A stretch of 64,000 nucleotides of DNA from NCBI GenBank assembly GCA_023213395.1, contig CM041465.1, positions 59,651,741 to 59,715,740 on the forward strand, read 5' to 3'. This DNA is from Cycas panzhihuaensis (Eukaryota > Plantae > Cycadophyta). The position numbers were made by a program, and so were the translations under genes. Positions 13,536 through 26,300 of the stretch are shown here, piece after piece. How positions within the stretch are numbered: the first letter of the stretch is position 1; each line of letters opens with the position of its first letter. The notes below the pieces were generated by a model. That model was given only the letters and a program-made list of their open reading frames with translations. It did not search any database and was not told the DNA's origin.

Positions 13536-14250
13536 ATAGCAATCAATCTTAATCAAGTACAACTTCCTATCTTTGATGGCTATAATTTTTCACTATGGTA
13601 TAAGACTATGTAAAACTATTTTATCACACATAATCTTTAGAAATACTTACAGGATGAATATGATGTTAATATTATGGAAAATATTAAAAAAGACAACGAA
13701 GCATTAGCTTTAATATTTTGCACTATTAATGATGATATTTTTTCTAAAGTTTGTGAATTAATAACTTCTAAATCCGTATGAAAATATTAATTTCTACTTA
13801 TGGGGGAGATACCCTCAATGAATTTAACATTGATATTGTGCAAGTGACACAAGTGCTAGAACAGGTAGATTATAATGAAAAGACCAAGGAAGATACAAAT
13901 CAAATGCATAATCATCTTGTTGCATAAGAACCTGATCCTCTATTTGAGGGGAAGAGTTATGATAATATGAAAGTTGTTCACAATATAAATTTTTCAAAAG
14001 ACAAAATTCAAGTTCAAAGTTTTCTTAAAGTTTCAGTTGACAAAGTCAAAGTTGCAGCCATACATCCACTTTTGAATTAAGCTTCATTTATTTACCATTT
14101 TTTTACACCATTCAATAATGAAGACATACACATTAGTAAAAGGATTAAGCAAGTGGTTAATGATCAAACCGAAAGAAAAATTTTTAAAGATTTTTTCAAG
14201 TACAAATTTCACAAGTTTAAAGAAAAGACATTGTTTGTGATGATCATTAA
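13536..14250 (+). pseudogene. Truncated copia gag of copy 1
   Basis: (M>I)AINLNQVQLPIFDGYNFSLWYKTM..IFITHNL*KYLQDEY...KKDNEALALIFCTINDDIFSKV...*KILISTYGG, with stops and frameshifts, running into the PPT. Confidence 0.85.
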
Positions 14251-15324
14251 GGAGGAGAATGTTGGAGTTAATACTCATCACCCCTCTCCTACCTTCCAAC
14301 CAGGAGTGCACACCTCACACTTATCAATTTATACATGTGGATGCTCACATGTGTAGGTAAGTATAAGGTAAGTTTAGTTTATTTGAGTTAAGTTTATTTT
14401 GAGTTAAGTTATTATTTTATTGTTATTTAAATTTTAGAGGTTGAAGAGTTTCCCTCCTCCTCCAAACTATATATTTTGAGGGGTGTGCAACCCTAGTATC
14501 TTTAGACACCTCTTTCATTGTGGATATTTGTAATACTTTCTTCACAAAATGGATTGAATACAAAGGATTCTTATTTGTGCAACAATAATGTATTGATTTA
14601 TGATTATCTCTTTTATGTTCTGCCATGTTCTCTATGATTTTTTTTCCTTCATAGCCCTTTCCATTGAATGAGATATTTATAAATCATACGAGAGCATAAA
14701 TTCTTCTGTCAAGACTCAATGATGGTTTGGATATTAGAATGACTTGTACTTTATCATTAATGATTGATAAATCAATGGAAACTTAAAAGACATCATGGAT
14801 GTGACTATTTGGTAGTAGATTTAATGCATAGGTTATGTCTCCTAGCTTTCTCCTTATTTAGAATAGTCCATTGAAATGTGATGTAGCTTGAACCTACTAT
14901 GTTATCATATGATCACTTATTATAAAGATATATTATGTTCTTATATCATAAAGTTTTTCCATTAGTGCTCCAATTAGGCCTTGTTGTCCCTTCATTACAC
15001 TCTGTTATTATATAGTTAATCATTTAGCTACTAGTGTATTCTTGATAAAGTTCATCTAATCATAATAGTTATGATGCAGAGATGGTTGTATAATCACCAT
15101 CTTTATGCTTCCTTGAAAGGATATAGGGAATTACATCATCTTTCCCCTTCTTGTATGCTATCTTAAAATCATGATCCTAGATTTTGGCAACCTATTTTTG
15201 TTGCTCTTCTGATAGGTTAGGTTGAGATAGAAAGTATCATAAACTTTGGTTATTAATCTTAATAAAATACTTATTTCTAAGTAGGTCAGTGCCACTTTGC
15301 CAAAACATAAAGAATAGTGGGCAT

Positions 15325-18300
15325 TGATGGAGTACAGGAACAGAGTAGAATGATTATAAACCCATAATAAGAAGTATAATAACAATATTTCAAATATTGG
15401 TGGTGTTCAAAAATCCCTTGGGTTGGAGACCACTTATTTAAAGTCAGGACATTGGGATATATCATGCCATCATACTGATATTTTTAATTTGAAAAATAAT
15501 TAAAAATTACATAGTTATTGACTCGAACGACTAAAGTCAGCTATGGAGGTCCTACAACATCCTTAAGTGGTGTGCATACTTAATTAATATGAAATGATCA
15601 TTGATCCCAACATTCTCCCCTATAATAGTCATTTCGTACAACCCCAAGCTTATCTATGAATTTATGGAATTTAATTTTCTAATGTACCTTTTATAAATAT
15701 ATTTGTTATCTAATCTTTTGTGTTGTAATAAACTAATGCGAGTTCACCTACTTGAACAAGTTCCCATATGAAGTGATGATGTGTCTCAATGTGCTTAGTC
15801 CTTCCATGGAATACTAGATTATGTGTCATCTAAATAGTACTCTGAGTATCACACCATATTTTAGTAAGACCATTATGTTTCATTTGGAAATCATGAAGTA
15901 AGCAACGTAGCCAAATTGTTTCAAATACACCTTCCACTAATACCTTATATTCTACTTCAATTGTTAACAAGGAGATGGTATTTTGCTTCTTGGCACTCTA
16001 TACTATAGAGGATAAATCTAAATTGAAAGTATACCTAGATGTAGATTTTCTGTCATCAACATCAGCTACCCAATTTGAATCAATATACTTAATTAACTTA
16101 AAATTTGATGAAGGTTTATAATATAACTCATAATCTATAGTGCCTTTTAGATACCTTAGAATTCTTTTAGCTATATACATAATATCTTATTGTGTTAATT
16201 TCAAGTAAATCAAGCTTCCAATCAATTATCTATAGAGTGTAAGATTAACAGGATCTGAGTTATCAAGTTTGGATAATTTGATTCCAACTTTTGCTAGTAT
16301 AGCCAAAGCTTTACAACCATTTATCTTGAACTTTTGGAGTAAGTCCAAAGTATATTTCCTTTAGGAAATGAAGATGTCATCATCATCTTTCCATACTTCC
16401 AATCCTAAGAAGTAATGCATTAGCCCTAAGTCTGTCATTTCGAATTCCTTACACATATCATTGTTGAACTTTTATGATAAATAGGAGTTATTTTTTATGT
16501 AGACCAAATCATCAATATAGAGTCCCACAATCAATATAGAGTATCCCTCAATTTTGATGTATAAGGTTAGATATGATTATCTTCTCTCAAACCTTTGATC
16601 TATGAAGTATTTATCTATCATAGAGTACCATGCTTTAGGTGTTTATTTCAATCTATAAAGTGCCTTTTTGAGTTTATACACTTTGTTCTCTTCCCCCTGA
16701 CTTCAAAACCTTTTAGCTATTGAACATATATCTCTTCTTTAATATAGTTATTAAGAAAGCACTTTTGACATCCATTTGATAAACATTATAACATTTTTAG
16801 GCTATTAGACTTAGCATCATTCAAATTGTCTTCATTCTAGCAACAAGAGTAAATGTTTCATTATAATCAATGCCTTCCTTGTATGCATAGCCCTTAGTAA
16901 TAAGTCTTGCTTTATGTTTATCAATGGACTCATCATATCTGAACTTAGTCTTATAGACCCATTTAGTTCCAATGGCTATCTTATTAGGAGGAAGATCAAC
17001 AAGCTCCTAAGTATCATTCTTAACAATAGAGTTATATTCATCTTGCATGGCATTCTTCCATTCATCGTTGGCATTTGCCTCTTCAAAGGTATGAGGCTCA
17101 TAACATTCCATGACTTGGCTCATTAGAGAAAATTTGACTCTATTTAAGCATGTGGATCTCTTTTCAAAATTGTTGTCTAGCATATTTACTATATCGTGGC
17201 TCCTTTATACCTACTTAAGGAACCTTTGATTTTGTGAAGACGTTCCAACATCATTTGGTCTTAATTCCTATCTATGAGGCACATATATAGTCTTAAGAGA
17301 TGAATCAAGTTCAACCACAATGTTTTTGCCTTTGTCTTTCTTAATATCTAGTTGATAGAAATCATCTTCTTTAAATACTATATCTCTACTTTTAATGACT
17401 TTTCTTTCTTTAGGATCATAGAGCTCATAGGATTTTGACATGTCACAATATCTAATAAATATATACTCTGTGCTTTTATCATTAAGTTTACTCCTTTTCT
17501 ATTTTGGAATATGGGAAAAAGTACAACATCCAATTCTCTTAGGTGGTGAATGCTTGGTTTATGACCTATCTATGCTTCTTTTGGTGTCATCCACCTAAGG
17601 GCTTTAGTGATACACCTATTTAGTAAATAGCATGTAGTGTGAATAGCTTCTGTCCAAAGTTCATATCCCAATTTCTTATCCTTAAGCATACACATAGCCA
17701 TTTCAACTATGATGTGGTTCTTACATTCATCTACCCTATTCTATTATAGAATGCAAAGATTAGTATACTATATTTTGATGCCATAATAAGTACAATAAGC
17801 ATTGAATTTACTAGAGATAAAATCTCCCATATTATCTAACCTTAGGAAAATTATTTTATGTCTACTTTGCTTCTCCACAAAGGTTTTGAAGTCCACAAAG
17901 CATTGAAATGCATATGATTTAAATGTTAAAAATAGACCCATGTCTTCCTTGTATAGTCATCAATAAAAGTGAGGAAATATCTTGCTCCTTATAAAGATTG
18001 GATGTCCATTGGATCACAAAGATCTATGTAAATTAGTTTAAGTGGACCTTTATCTCTATAGCTTCCATCTGGATAGCTTCCATCTGGAAAGCTCTCTCTA
18101 TGTTGTTTACCTAGGAGGCATCCCTCATATATATCCTTGTCAACTTCAATTTAGGGTAGACCTTCAACTATATTCATCCTTTTCATGAGAACTAGGCTTC
18201 TATAACTTAAGTGGCCAAACCTTTTATGCCATGTATCACTATCTATGTTGGTTGATATCTTCAATGTATAATTATCTAAAGGGGGTATGAATAACTTAAA

Positions 18301-20587
18301 GAGTCTATCACTATCATCTTACCTTTGATAATAACTGCTTTATTTTTCTTTTTATCCTTAATGGTGCACTCACCATTGTCAAACATAATCTTATAATCTT
18401 ACTCCATCATTTATCCCATAGATAGGAGGTTTTTCTTAAGAGCTATAACATGGAGGACATCATCAATATATCTTGTCTCTTCCAATTTTATAGCCAAGTA
18501 AATATTACCTCTACCACAAGATTTATAAGTGGTATCATCTCCAAATAAGACTTTGCCCTTCTTAAACCTATCAATAGTATGGAATATCTCTTCCTTATAT
18601 GTCATATGTCTAAATCATTTAGAGTCTATATACCAACTACCTTCTTCCTCATGGGAAACGAGACTTAATAAGAATAGTTAGTTATTTTCTCTATTTTCAA
18701 TAGCTATATTAGCACTTCCTCTTGTTGAATGGTTATTTTCAACAAAACATCTATCTTCTCTATGGCCCACCTTATGATAATATGTGCATTGGATAGGATC
18801 TCTTCCTCTTTGACTTAGGCTCCTACTCTTAGGGGTTCCTCTATCCATAGAGGGTGTCATTCCCATTTCTAAATATAGGCCTTGATTATCGCTTTATCTA
18901 TTACTTGGATAATATGGATTGGACCTTTGAAAATTGCTTTGACCTTGGTAATTGTGCCAATATTGGCTAACTTCTTGATATATTTCTTTGCTTTAATATA
19001 TACTTTAGCTTTGGTATCTTTGATTGGGTCCTTGATACCTTTGATGAGGAGCTTGGAATCTAGGATGTTGATCTTGATGTGCATCCTGTCTTGAATTCCT
19101 ATCTTACCCCCTTGGAGATTGATCCCTTATCCTTGAGCTTTGAGCTTGGGCATTTAATTTGATTCTAGCCTTTGTTATAAAGGCATGTTCTAAGGGTTTA
19201 TTGGTACCCTTATTTTCCTCAATAGCTATTAACATAATACTTAATTATTTTATCTTCAAAGTGCTTAGGTTCTTAAATACCTCTATACTTGTGGCTATCA
19301 TTTCAAACCTTTTAATTTCTCCAACACATCTAAGTATTCATTCCACAACCCTTTGTTCAGTAAGTGTTTCTCCAAGAGATCTGATTTGGTTCACTAGATC
19401 TTAAACCTTGAACTCATTCATGGTCTCCTTGGGTGATGTCCTTAAGTTCTCAAACTTGCTTTTAAGTGTTTAAAGCTTGGATGAGGCAACTCCTTCATAG
19501 ATTAATTGCAATGTATCCCATGCTTCCTTAAATATGGATGCTAGAGGTATAAAATATAAGAGCTAGAGCTTCATTATCCAACCTGAAACATTCCCTATAA
19601 GCTTCTTTGTCATCATCACTAGTATTGTTATCAACATAACCTATCTTAACAATTTCCCATAAATCTTTAGCTATGAGGATGGGTCTCATCCTCCTACTCC
19701 AATTTAAGAAATTTGAACTGTCAAACTTAGGGATGATCATATTACCAACGTTTATTGCCATTATGTTTAAAAAATAAGTTTATTCAAATGTTCCCCTAAG
19801 GATAGTTAAATTGTGTCCTATCTACCTAGAAGGTTGTTAGTCTAGGCTTTAAGTTTTTGAGTCTCTAAGGAAAGCTTTCGATCATGATTTCTTAGCAAAG
19901 AGGGGACAGTTTTTTAATCCATTTGATCCAAGTAAAGTAGACTCACTGAAAAGCCAAATGAGTGGTCACTTACTAGGGTTTCATCTAATGGTGGAGGTGC
20001 ACCAATTTGCCAAAGTCCAGGAACTTGAAAAATATTTAAAATTAAGCTAAGAACCAATTAAAAATTGATAAAAAATTAAATGAAACTTGTATAAATCTAA
20101 CCCTAATTACTATTGGGTTGCTTACACCTATAAATGCTAAAGAAATCTACAAAATATATGAGTATATACAGTATACGAAGTAAATATCTCAAATATTTAA
20201 TAAAAACTATATGAAAACTTTAGAAAACTAAGGAAATATTTTAAAAAATATCACTGAATATATTGTCATGAGCCAAAACATCACACTTTAATACCAAATA
20301 ATGGAGTATAGGGATACAGCATAATGCTTACAAGCCCATAATGAGAAGCATAATAACAAAATTCTAAATATTGATAGTGTTCAAAAATACCTTTGGGTTA
20401 GAGACCACTTATTTATAGTCAAGACATTGGGATATATCCCGCTATCATACTGACATTTTTAATTCAAAAAATAATAAAAAATTACATACTTGTTAGCTTG
20501 AATGGCTGGAGTCAATTACAGTGGTCCTACGGTGTCCTTAAATGGTTTGCATACTTAATTAATATGAAATAAGCATTAATCCCAACA
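15325..20587 (-). mobile_element. Full-length decayed Ty1/copia LTR retrotransposon
   Basis: LTRs 20587-20299 and 15612-15325; TSD GGCAT/TGCAT; degenerate PBS ~20296-20285; PPT 15621-15613. gag MAINVGNMIIPKFDSSNFLNW at 19761, knuckle CTYYHKVGH...C, then INT, RT and RNase H (AKRILRYLKGT...DSNWVADVDDRKST). Confidence 0.93.
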
Positions 20588-20629
20588 TGCATTTCCCTAT
20601 CATAAGTACTTTTTACTTACTCTCCTGTA

Positions 20630-23308
20630 ATTTTTTTTTTTTTGGAAAGTAAAATATGGATATTATTACTTAGAAATTAATTACGAGATAATTAAGTGAA
20701 AGTGAAGGAGAATTACAAAGATCTAATAACTCGATATTTTACATGTAAAGCATTAAGGATAGAAGCATCTGTATGAAAGTGTTTCATATGCTTCTTGTAG
20801 AGAGGAGTGAAACACGGGTTGTAGGATAATCATGAAAGAATTTCCTTCCTAATGTGACCATGGTTATGGTTAAAGAAGGGCATCACTTTTTGGAAGTAAG
20901 CCATGGTATAAATTTTATGGATGATAATCTTAAAAAGCAAAAGCCAAAGATTTGTTAGATGATGATGATGAATGAACCAAATGTGAGCCATAGCCTAGAT
21001 TCCTTTGACAAGCTAAGAATGAAGAGTCCCTTGATCATTTTGAATTTCTATAAAACCCTAATATAGATCAAAGATCTAGAAGATAGTGAAGCAGATGTCA
21101 TGGACTAGAGGATAATACCACTATATATAATCAAAGCTATCATTGTGAGTATCACAAACTAGGTAGTAAACTTTATGTCGAATGTTCCACTAGTCCCATG
21201 TATCCTGGAAGATGAAAGCCTTATGGAGAATCCTCCAATGAAGCATATTGTGTTTGGTTTGAGCTTGCTTCCACCATATCCATTCCCATTCAACTTCAAA
21301 TTGAGCATGGCAGTATTGCTGACTATGAATCATACAGTAGAATTCTATGGTTTCAAAAACTTGAGCCCTAAATAGAAACTTGAGACCTTCCTCATACTCT
21401 AAGTCCATTATAGCTTTTAGGGGCTCCACTTATCACAAAAAGAGAATGATTCTATTAACCAATTGGAGAAGAGGAGGTTAACAAGGACCTTCCATTGACC
21501 TTGATCAAAGTCATGGAATTGAGCCACTATGTATAGGTTGTAAGAGCTAGAGAATTAAATCAATAAAGCTAACTTCTCTTAGTTAACTAGTAGAGGAAAC
21601 CATAGGGATAGCTATTTGTCAGTTAAATTTTAACTTAGAAATAAGTTGATCCATGAGAAAAGATGGTACTATAGTGAAGTTTATCCTAAGCTATGACCAT
21701 ATGGTTCCAGATGACAGAGCCATTATTAATATGATTTAGAGCCACAAGTTGTTTAGTAATGTGAGAGAAAAAGTATTTCCTTCTAATAATATGAGCCTAG
21801 TTATCTAAAGATCCCAAAATTGCTTTTCCCCTTAAACTTACATCATAATAAAAGGGTCTTTGACACTAAGACCACCGTATCCCTTGTGATCTGACACAGT
21901 GGTCCACTTAATTGGGTAAAATAACTTAGTTTTAATCAACCATAACTTCTAGAGGAATCTCATGAACAAGCTTTTGATTACAAAGAGGACTACTTTGGGA
22001 GCTTGAATAATAGATATTAGATGGTTAGGCATTTAGGCCAAGGTAGATTCTATTAAACTCTGGCAACCTACTAGATTAAGAGATCTGATAGGCTACAAGT
22101 CCATCTTATTCTTAATTTTTAAGATGTAAGGGCACCAATCAGTAATCTTTAGTCTAGAGAGGCCCATCGAAATGCCTAGATATTTGAAAAATAGTAGTTC
22201 TTGGGGTAATTGGAATTTTGAGGATTGTCGCCAGTGAGGTTTGAGTATCTAAAGAGGCTTCATTAAAAATAATGCTTAATTTATTATGCTTAATCATCAT
22301 CCCTACTATAAGACAAAAAAGGTTAAGGGCTTGTCTCTAAATGTTAATCTCTATATGTGAGGGTTGGCCCAATAGGATGGTATCATATGTAAAAATATGG
22401 TGTGTTGTGCCCTCTGCTTCATCAATTGAGATGCCTTAAAGGAGGTCCAATGACTAAAACCATTCTAATAAAGAAGATAGACCATCCATGGTAATAATAA
22501 ATAAGTAGGGGAATAGCGGGCAACCCTAATGAATTCCTCTACTTATGTAAATAAGACAATTAGTTGAGTCATTGATTTTTATAGCCATCAAAACCAAAGA
22601 GAGTACAACTCTAATCTAGTTGATATGGTTTATTAGTAAACCCTTTTAGAGGAGAATGGCGAGGAGAAAATCCCATTCCACTATGTCATAAGCTTTATTA
22701 AGATCCAATTTGAGCAAGGTTGTTTGTGGCCTTCTTATGTGAATAGTATACAGGGCCTCGACAATCACAGTAATACTATGTGCTATATGTCAACCTTTAA
22801 TAAAAGTTGTTTGATTTACATTGACAACTTAATAAAGGAATACTTTAAGTTGATTAGCTAGGACTGTAGTGATGATATTATACAAAGTGTTGTAGAGACT
22901 AATGGTCTCTAGTGGTGGATGGTAGGAGTACCATTTTTTAGAATCAAAGAGACCATAGTCATGTTGATTACTGGGTATATCTTACCTATGTTATGAACCT
23001 CCTTTATAATATCAACTATTAATTAGGGCACCTCATCAAAATCAATTAACAATAAGAGCTCTACAGACATTCTATCTAGTTTAGGGGCCTTGCCATAAGG
23101 AAGATTTGTCATGATTTTATGGACTTTCTCCTTTGTAATTGGCCTATTAAGAGATTCATTAAGATTTCTATAACAATCATTAGGAATAGGTTACACTTTA
23201 GAGAGGATGGTTTATGTGGCTTGTGCCCTAACTGGAGAGAAGCCTTGAGTGGTCCATAATATATTAAAATGTTGGAAAATCTCTTCTTGAATCTTGTGAC
23301 AAGAGCAT
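20630..23308 (-). mobile_element. 5'-truncated decayed LINE (L1-type ORF2: RT + zf-RVT) with poly(A) tail
   Basis: T-run at 20630-20643. Minus-strand motifs GKAPKLD, LLKLDLNKAYDIVEWDFL, SRGIH*GCPLFPYLFII and WIWWKQAQTKHNMLHWRILHKA. No clear TSD. Confidence 0.85.
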
Positions 23309-26300
23309 CTAGATTTAGTTTACAACTTTCATATTTATAGGTGTATCATTTTATAAGAGTGCTATAACAATTCCTATTCCAGCTACATCAATCTCAATTG
23401 TAAAACAATATGAAAAAATAGGCATAATTAAGACTAACATATTTGTCACGGCTATCTTAAATCGATCAAAACTATGTTTTATAGCTTCATTCCACTTAAA
23501 TATATCATTTTTGCTGAAATTGCTAAGTGGTCATTCTATCTTAGTGTATTCTTTTATAAACATTTGCCAATAACCAATGAGCCCTGAAAACCCTCAAACT
23601 TTTGAGATGTTCTTTGAAGTAGGTCAATCAACAATAGCTTGGACTTTGGCTAGATCAATCTATACCCCTTGTTTGATATGATATACCCAAGATAATGCAA
23701 TGTTTATTTTGTGAGACTATAATTTGATCATTTTGTATAAAACTAATTATCTCTTAGAGTTTGTAATGTGATTTCTAAATGTTTGAGATGTTCATCCCAT
23801 GTTTGACTATAGTCTAGGATATCATCAAAGAAAACCATGAAGAATTTTCTAAAAAAGGATATAAATACCTAGTTCATAGTGGCTTTAAAGATAATAGGAG
23901 TGTTCCTGAGTCCAAAGGCCATCACCTTAAATTCAAATAACCCTAATATATGTGAAATGTTATCTTCTCGGTATCTTGGGGTTTAGTTGGGATCTAAATA
24001 GTATCTAGAGCAAAGATCAATTTTTGAAAAGTACAACTCCATACAACTTATCAACAATGTCATCCACACATAGTATAGGAAGCTTATTTTTATTGTTATC
24101 TTATTGAATGTAGAGCAATCCACACATATTCTAAATGAACCATCCTTCTTTCTTACTAATACTACCAAGGATGCATATAGAGATTCACTATGGATAATTC
24201 AATATCTATGAGGTGTCACATTAACTTTTGTATCTTAGCTTTTTATTTGTGACTATAATGATATGGCTTAATGATAATAGATCCCTTACCTAGCTCAATC
24301 TCAATGATATGTTTCAAGGCTCTTGAAGGGGAAGTAATAGTTGGTAAGTCATGGAAAACCTCTAGGTATTAACTGAGTAATTTATCTATCTATTTCTATT
24401 GTGGGTTTTTTAGTGTTATTTCCTACTCTTTCCTTTGTATCACAAAAGTTCCAACGATGAATCCTATGTACCCTTTGTAAAGTAGTTTATCCATTTTTTT
24501 AGCCAGTACTAAAGAGGATTATGAGGTAACAACTCCTAATAATAAGTACAATTGCTCGTTCAAGTAGAATCAAATGAAATATTCAAAGTAGTTAAGGGCA
24601 TATCTACTTAGGGTCTTGAACCATTCGACCTCCAATACTACATTAAATCCCCTAATGTGAAATATATACAAGTCAATGTAAATTGAGACTTAGTCAAGCT
24701 AGATTTATTTATTACTAACTTCTCCATCTCATGTAATTGACTGCTTCCTATGCACTCAAATATTGGAAGTTTTATTTCTGTCAACATAAAGCTTAAGCCT
24801 CCTGACAAACTCAGTATTGATAAAATTATATATCCTATTGGGGCCTATTAAGACCAGTAATTTTTGTTTTCTAATGTATGCATACATTTTAATTGTATTA
24901 GGTCATTGAATTCCCAGTATTATTGCCATCAATATCTCAAGATGCCCATTATGAAGGGCCTAGGAATTCAACACTTATTCACTTAGGATATTAGGTTGCA
25001 CATCTTCTAGTTCTCTCTGATCTTCCTCTAATTCAATTGTGTAAGCTTGCCTTCTCTTAGAGTAGATATAATGGTGTCCTAAAACCCATTTCTAACTACA
25101 ATCTACATAGAGTTATTGTACCATCCTCACAGTTCTCTCAATATCTTCTCTCTTATTGGGTTAGTTATGGCTTGATAACATTTCAAATTATGCTTACATT
25201 CTTCTTTTTAAGGCTACATAAGTCAAGTTCCTTTACCTACTATAATTTAGGTCCTTAGTATGTTGAGTAAGTTTGATGGCACTTTCTAAGGTTTGGCAAT
25301 TAAACCATCATATATCTGTAGCAATGTCCTTCCTTATATTGCTAATGTAAATGGGTAGGGCATACTTTAATTTACTTCCTTAATCTACAACCTCTTAAAT
25401 TCACTTAGTAAACTCCTCTATAGATTTTTCTCCCTAATAATAGTAGGACAATTGAATATAGTAGGGATCACTCCAATTCTCCTTAGTGCATTCTATCAAG
25501 GCTTCTCTAAATTATTTAATTATTGTAATCCTTTGATTTTCCTTTCTCCAAGTTGTAGCATGGTATATAAGACCCTATAAAAAGTCCATAACAAAAGCTA
25601 GTTGCTTATTGGGATCATTGATATCATAGGTTATAAATACATTTATTATCTTAACGCACTATTCATTTATGTCAACATCTTCCCCTTTGTTGTATATCGA
25701 TAACTTAGGTTTTGGAAAAAAAATTGGCATCAAATTTAATGGTCAATGTTCAAGGCTTCCTTCCTCATTGGCCTTTAAGTGTTTCGATATTTTCTTGAAA
25801 ATAGTTCCTCTAACTTTTAAAACCCTTCATACGTATAATTGTATAGGGTTTTTAGATCAACTTCCATGGTGTTCAGGTGATTCTCTATTGTTCCAATTTT
25901 GTGCAACATCCTTAGATGCTCTTGGTATTCTACGATAGTTGGTTTGGTTATTCCTAAACAAATATCTAATATTCAATCAAAAAATTCATCAATCTCTTTT
26001 ATTGTCGATGCTTCTAATTATCCAAATCAATGTTATCTCTTTTAAAAATTTGCAATCATGGTTACATGATCACCTTACTACTATCTTGAGTAAATTTGTT
26101 ATAAATCTTCTTTCTTAACTCCTCCTTTCTTAACTCCAATTATAATGAAATTTTATGAACCATTTCATATAAAATAAGCATGTCTCTGCTCCAAAGTTGA
26201 ATGAACACTTCAAACCCAACTAGGGATTTGTTGATATGTTGGTTAGTATGGCATCTACGAAAGAAACTAATTCCTCTAAAACTTTGTAAGTGGATTCCTG

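Larger units (their letters stand above)
9170..14651 (+). mobile_element. Complete non-autonomous gag-only LTR retrotransposon carrying host-like cargo (copy 1)
   Basis: LTRs 9170-9565 and 14260-14651. Perfect 5-bp TSD TAGCC (9165-9169 / 14652-14656). PBS TGATATCAGAG (Met-iniator type) 9568-9578; PPT ending at 14259. AGATCT-rich leader, cargo ~11040-12180, AT-rich spacer, gag relic. Confidence 0.92.
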
